The notes under the pieces were generated by a model. That model was not told the origin of the DNA. It worked only from the letters and a program-made list of their open reading frames with translations, and did no database searches. Positions 63,826 through 64,000 of a stretch of DNA of 64,000 nucleotides are shown in pieces (within the stretch, counting starts at the first letter, position 1; each line of letters opens with the position of its first letter). The stretch comes from Candidatus Tayloriibacteriota bacterium. GTDB lineage: Bacteria; Patescibacteriota; Minisyncoccia; Phycocordibacterales; PALSA-1337. The DNA lies in assembly GCA_943354385.1 (NCBI GenBank), contig CALRBR010000003.1, forward strand, positions 1,926 through 65,925, read 5' to 3'. The translations under genes and the position numbers were made by a program.

Positions 63826-64000
63826 AGTATGATTTCCGCCCCGAATTTCGCCAAAACAAAAAGAGGAGCAAATGGAAAATTCCTCCCCAAACCCCTCCTT
63901 TTCCATTTGCGACATCCGAATTCAAAAACAAATGAGCCGAAGTTTTGGCAAATCCTTTCCCCAAATAATAGTTTTGCCAAAACTTCGTCCGCATTGTTCC
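63826..64000 (-). repeat. Right terminal inverted repeat of the R-M cassette (copy C, truncated by the window end)
   Basis: Reverse complement matches 58802-58967. Confidence 0.85.

Larger units (their letters stand above)
58775..64000. mobile_element. Inverted-repeat-flanked restriction-modification cassette. Putatively mobile; no transposase or integrase inside.
   Basis: About 170-bp near-identical inverted repeats bracket five minus-strand genes (C-protein, Dam-like MTase, REase, MTase, GmrSD-like). The right repeat runs off the window end. Confidence 0.55.

Noticed and set aside
1-64000. CRISPR array or cas genes
   Set aside because: No regularly spaced direct repeats of 25-40 bp and no Cas-like ORFs anywhere in the window.

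Overview
This is a low-GC (~38%) gene-dense chromosomal segment from a reduced-genome bacterium, most consistent with a Patescibacteria/CPR-like organism. The organism itself is not identifiable from sequence alone. All three stop codons behave as stops, so the standard bacterial code applies.

Core genes recognised:
- 110–8,542: uvrB, an orphan CheY-like response regulator, uvrA, a short uvrC and ddl.
- 14,560–24,127: cyclophilin, a Mur ligase, zwf, ftsW, murG, gltX and an M23 peptidase.
- 25,532–43,931: trhO, tgt, an FKBP, a pseudouridine synthase, a LOG-family protein, dnaB, recR, rplU, rmuC and yqeY.
- 44,559–58,156: a P-type ATPase, a DEAD-box helicase, a Pif1-like helicase, an ABC-F protein, cspA, SWIB, SPFH, a GIY-YIG protein and a YdeN-like hydrolase.
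- RNA genes: tRNA-Ala(UGC) on the plus strand, and tRNA-Leu(UAG) and tRNA-Lys(CUU) on the minus strand.

Main accessory and unusual content:
1. An accessory island sits immediately 3' of tRNA-Ala. It carries a RhuM/Doc toxin-like gene and a tightly coupled three-gene operon: a MazG-like gene, a 674-aa GIY-YIG + DUF2075 ATPase + LexA-like S24 peptidase fusion, and a 170-aa partner. I consider this operon the best candidate for an undescribed DNA-damage/RecA-gated defence system. The island's modules are punctuated by a family of covarying AACGGCT-stem hairpins.
2. The right end of the window carries a 4.8-kb restriction-modification cassette: C-protein, Dam-like MTase, PD-(D/E)xK REase, a second MTase and a GmrSD-like type IV enzyme. 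It is bracketed by ~170-bp, ~98%-identical inverted repeats. A third partial copy of the repeat lies at ~44.2 kb.
3. A peptide deformylase gene is fused to a DUF456 membrane domain. Its conserved motif-1 Gln codon reads TAA, and there is a possible homopolymer frameshift.
4. Two short GC-rich (60–67%) islands each encode one orphan protein.
5. There is a decayed livK…livF operon scar.

No CRISPR array, integrase or transposase was seen. Coordinates read by eye may be off by ±1 nt in places. In particular, around 28.14–28.26 kb my reading of the printed sequence and the supplied ORF track disagree by 1 nt.
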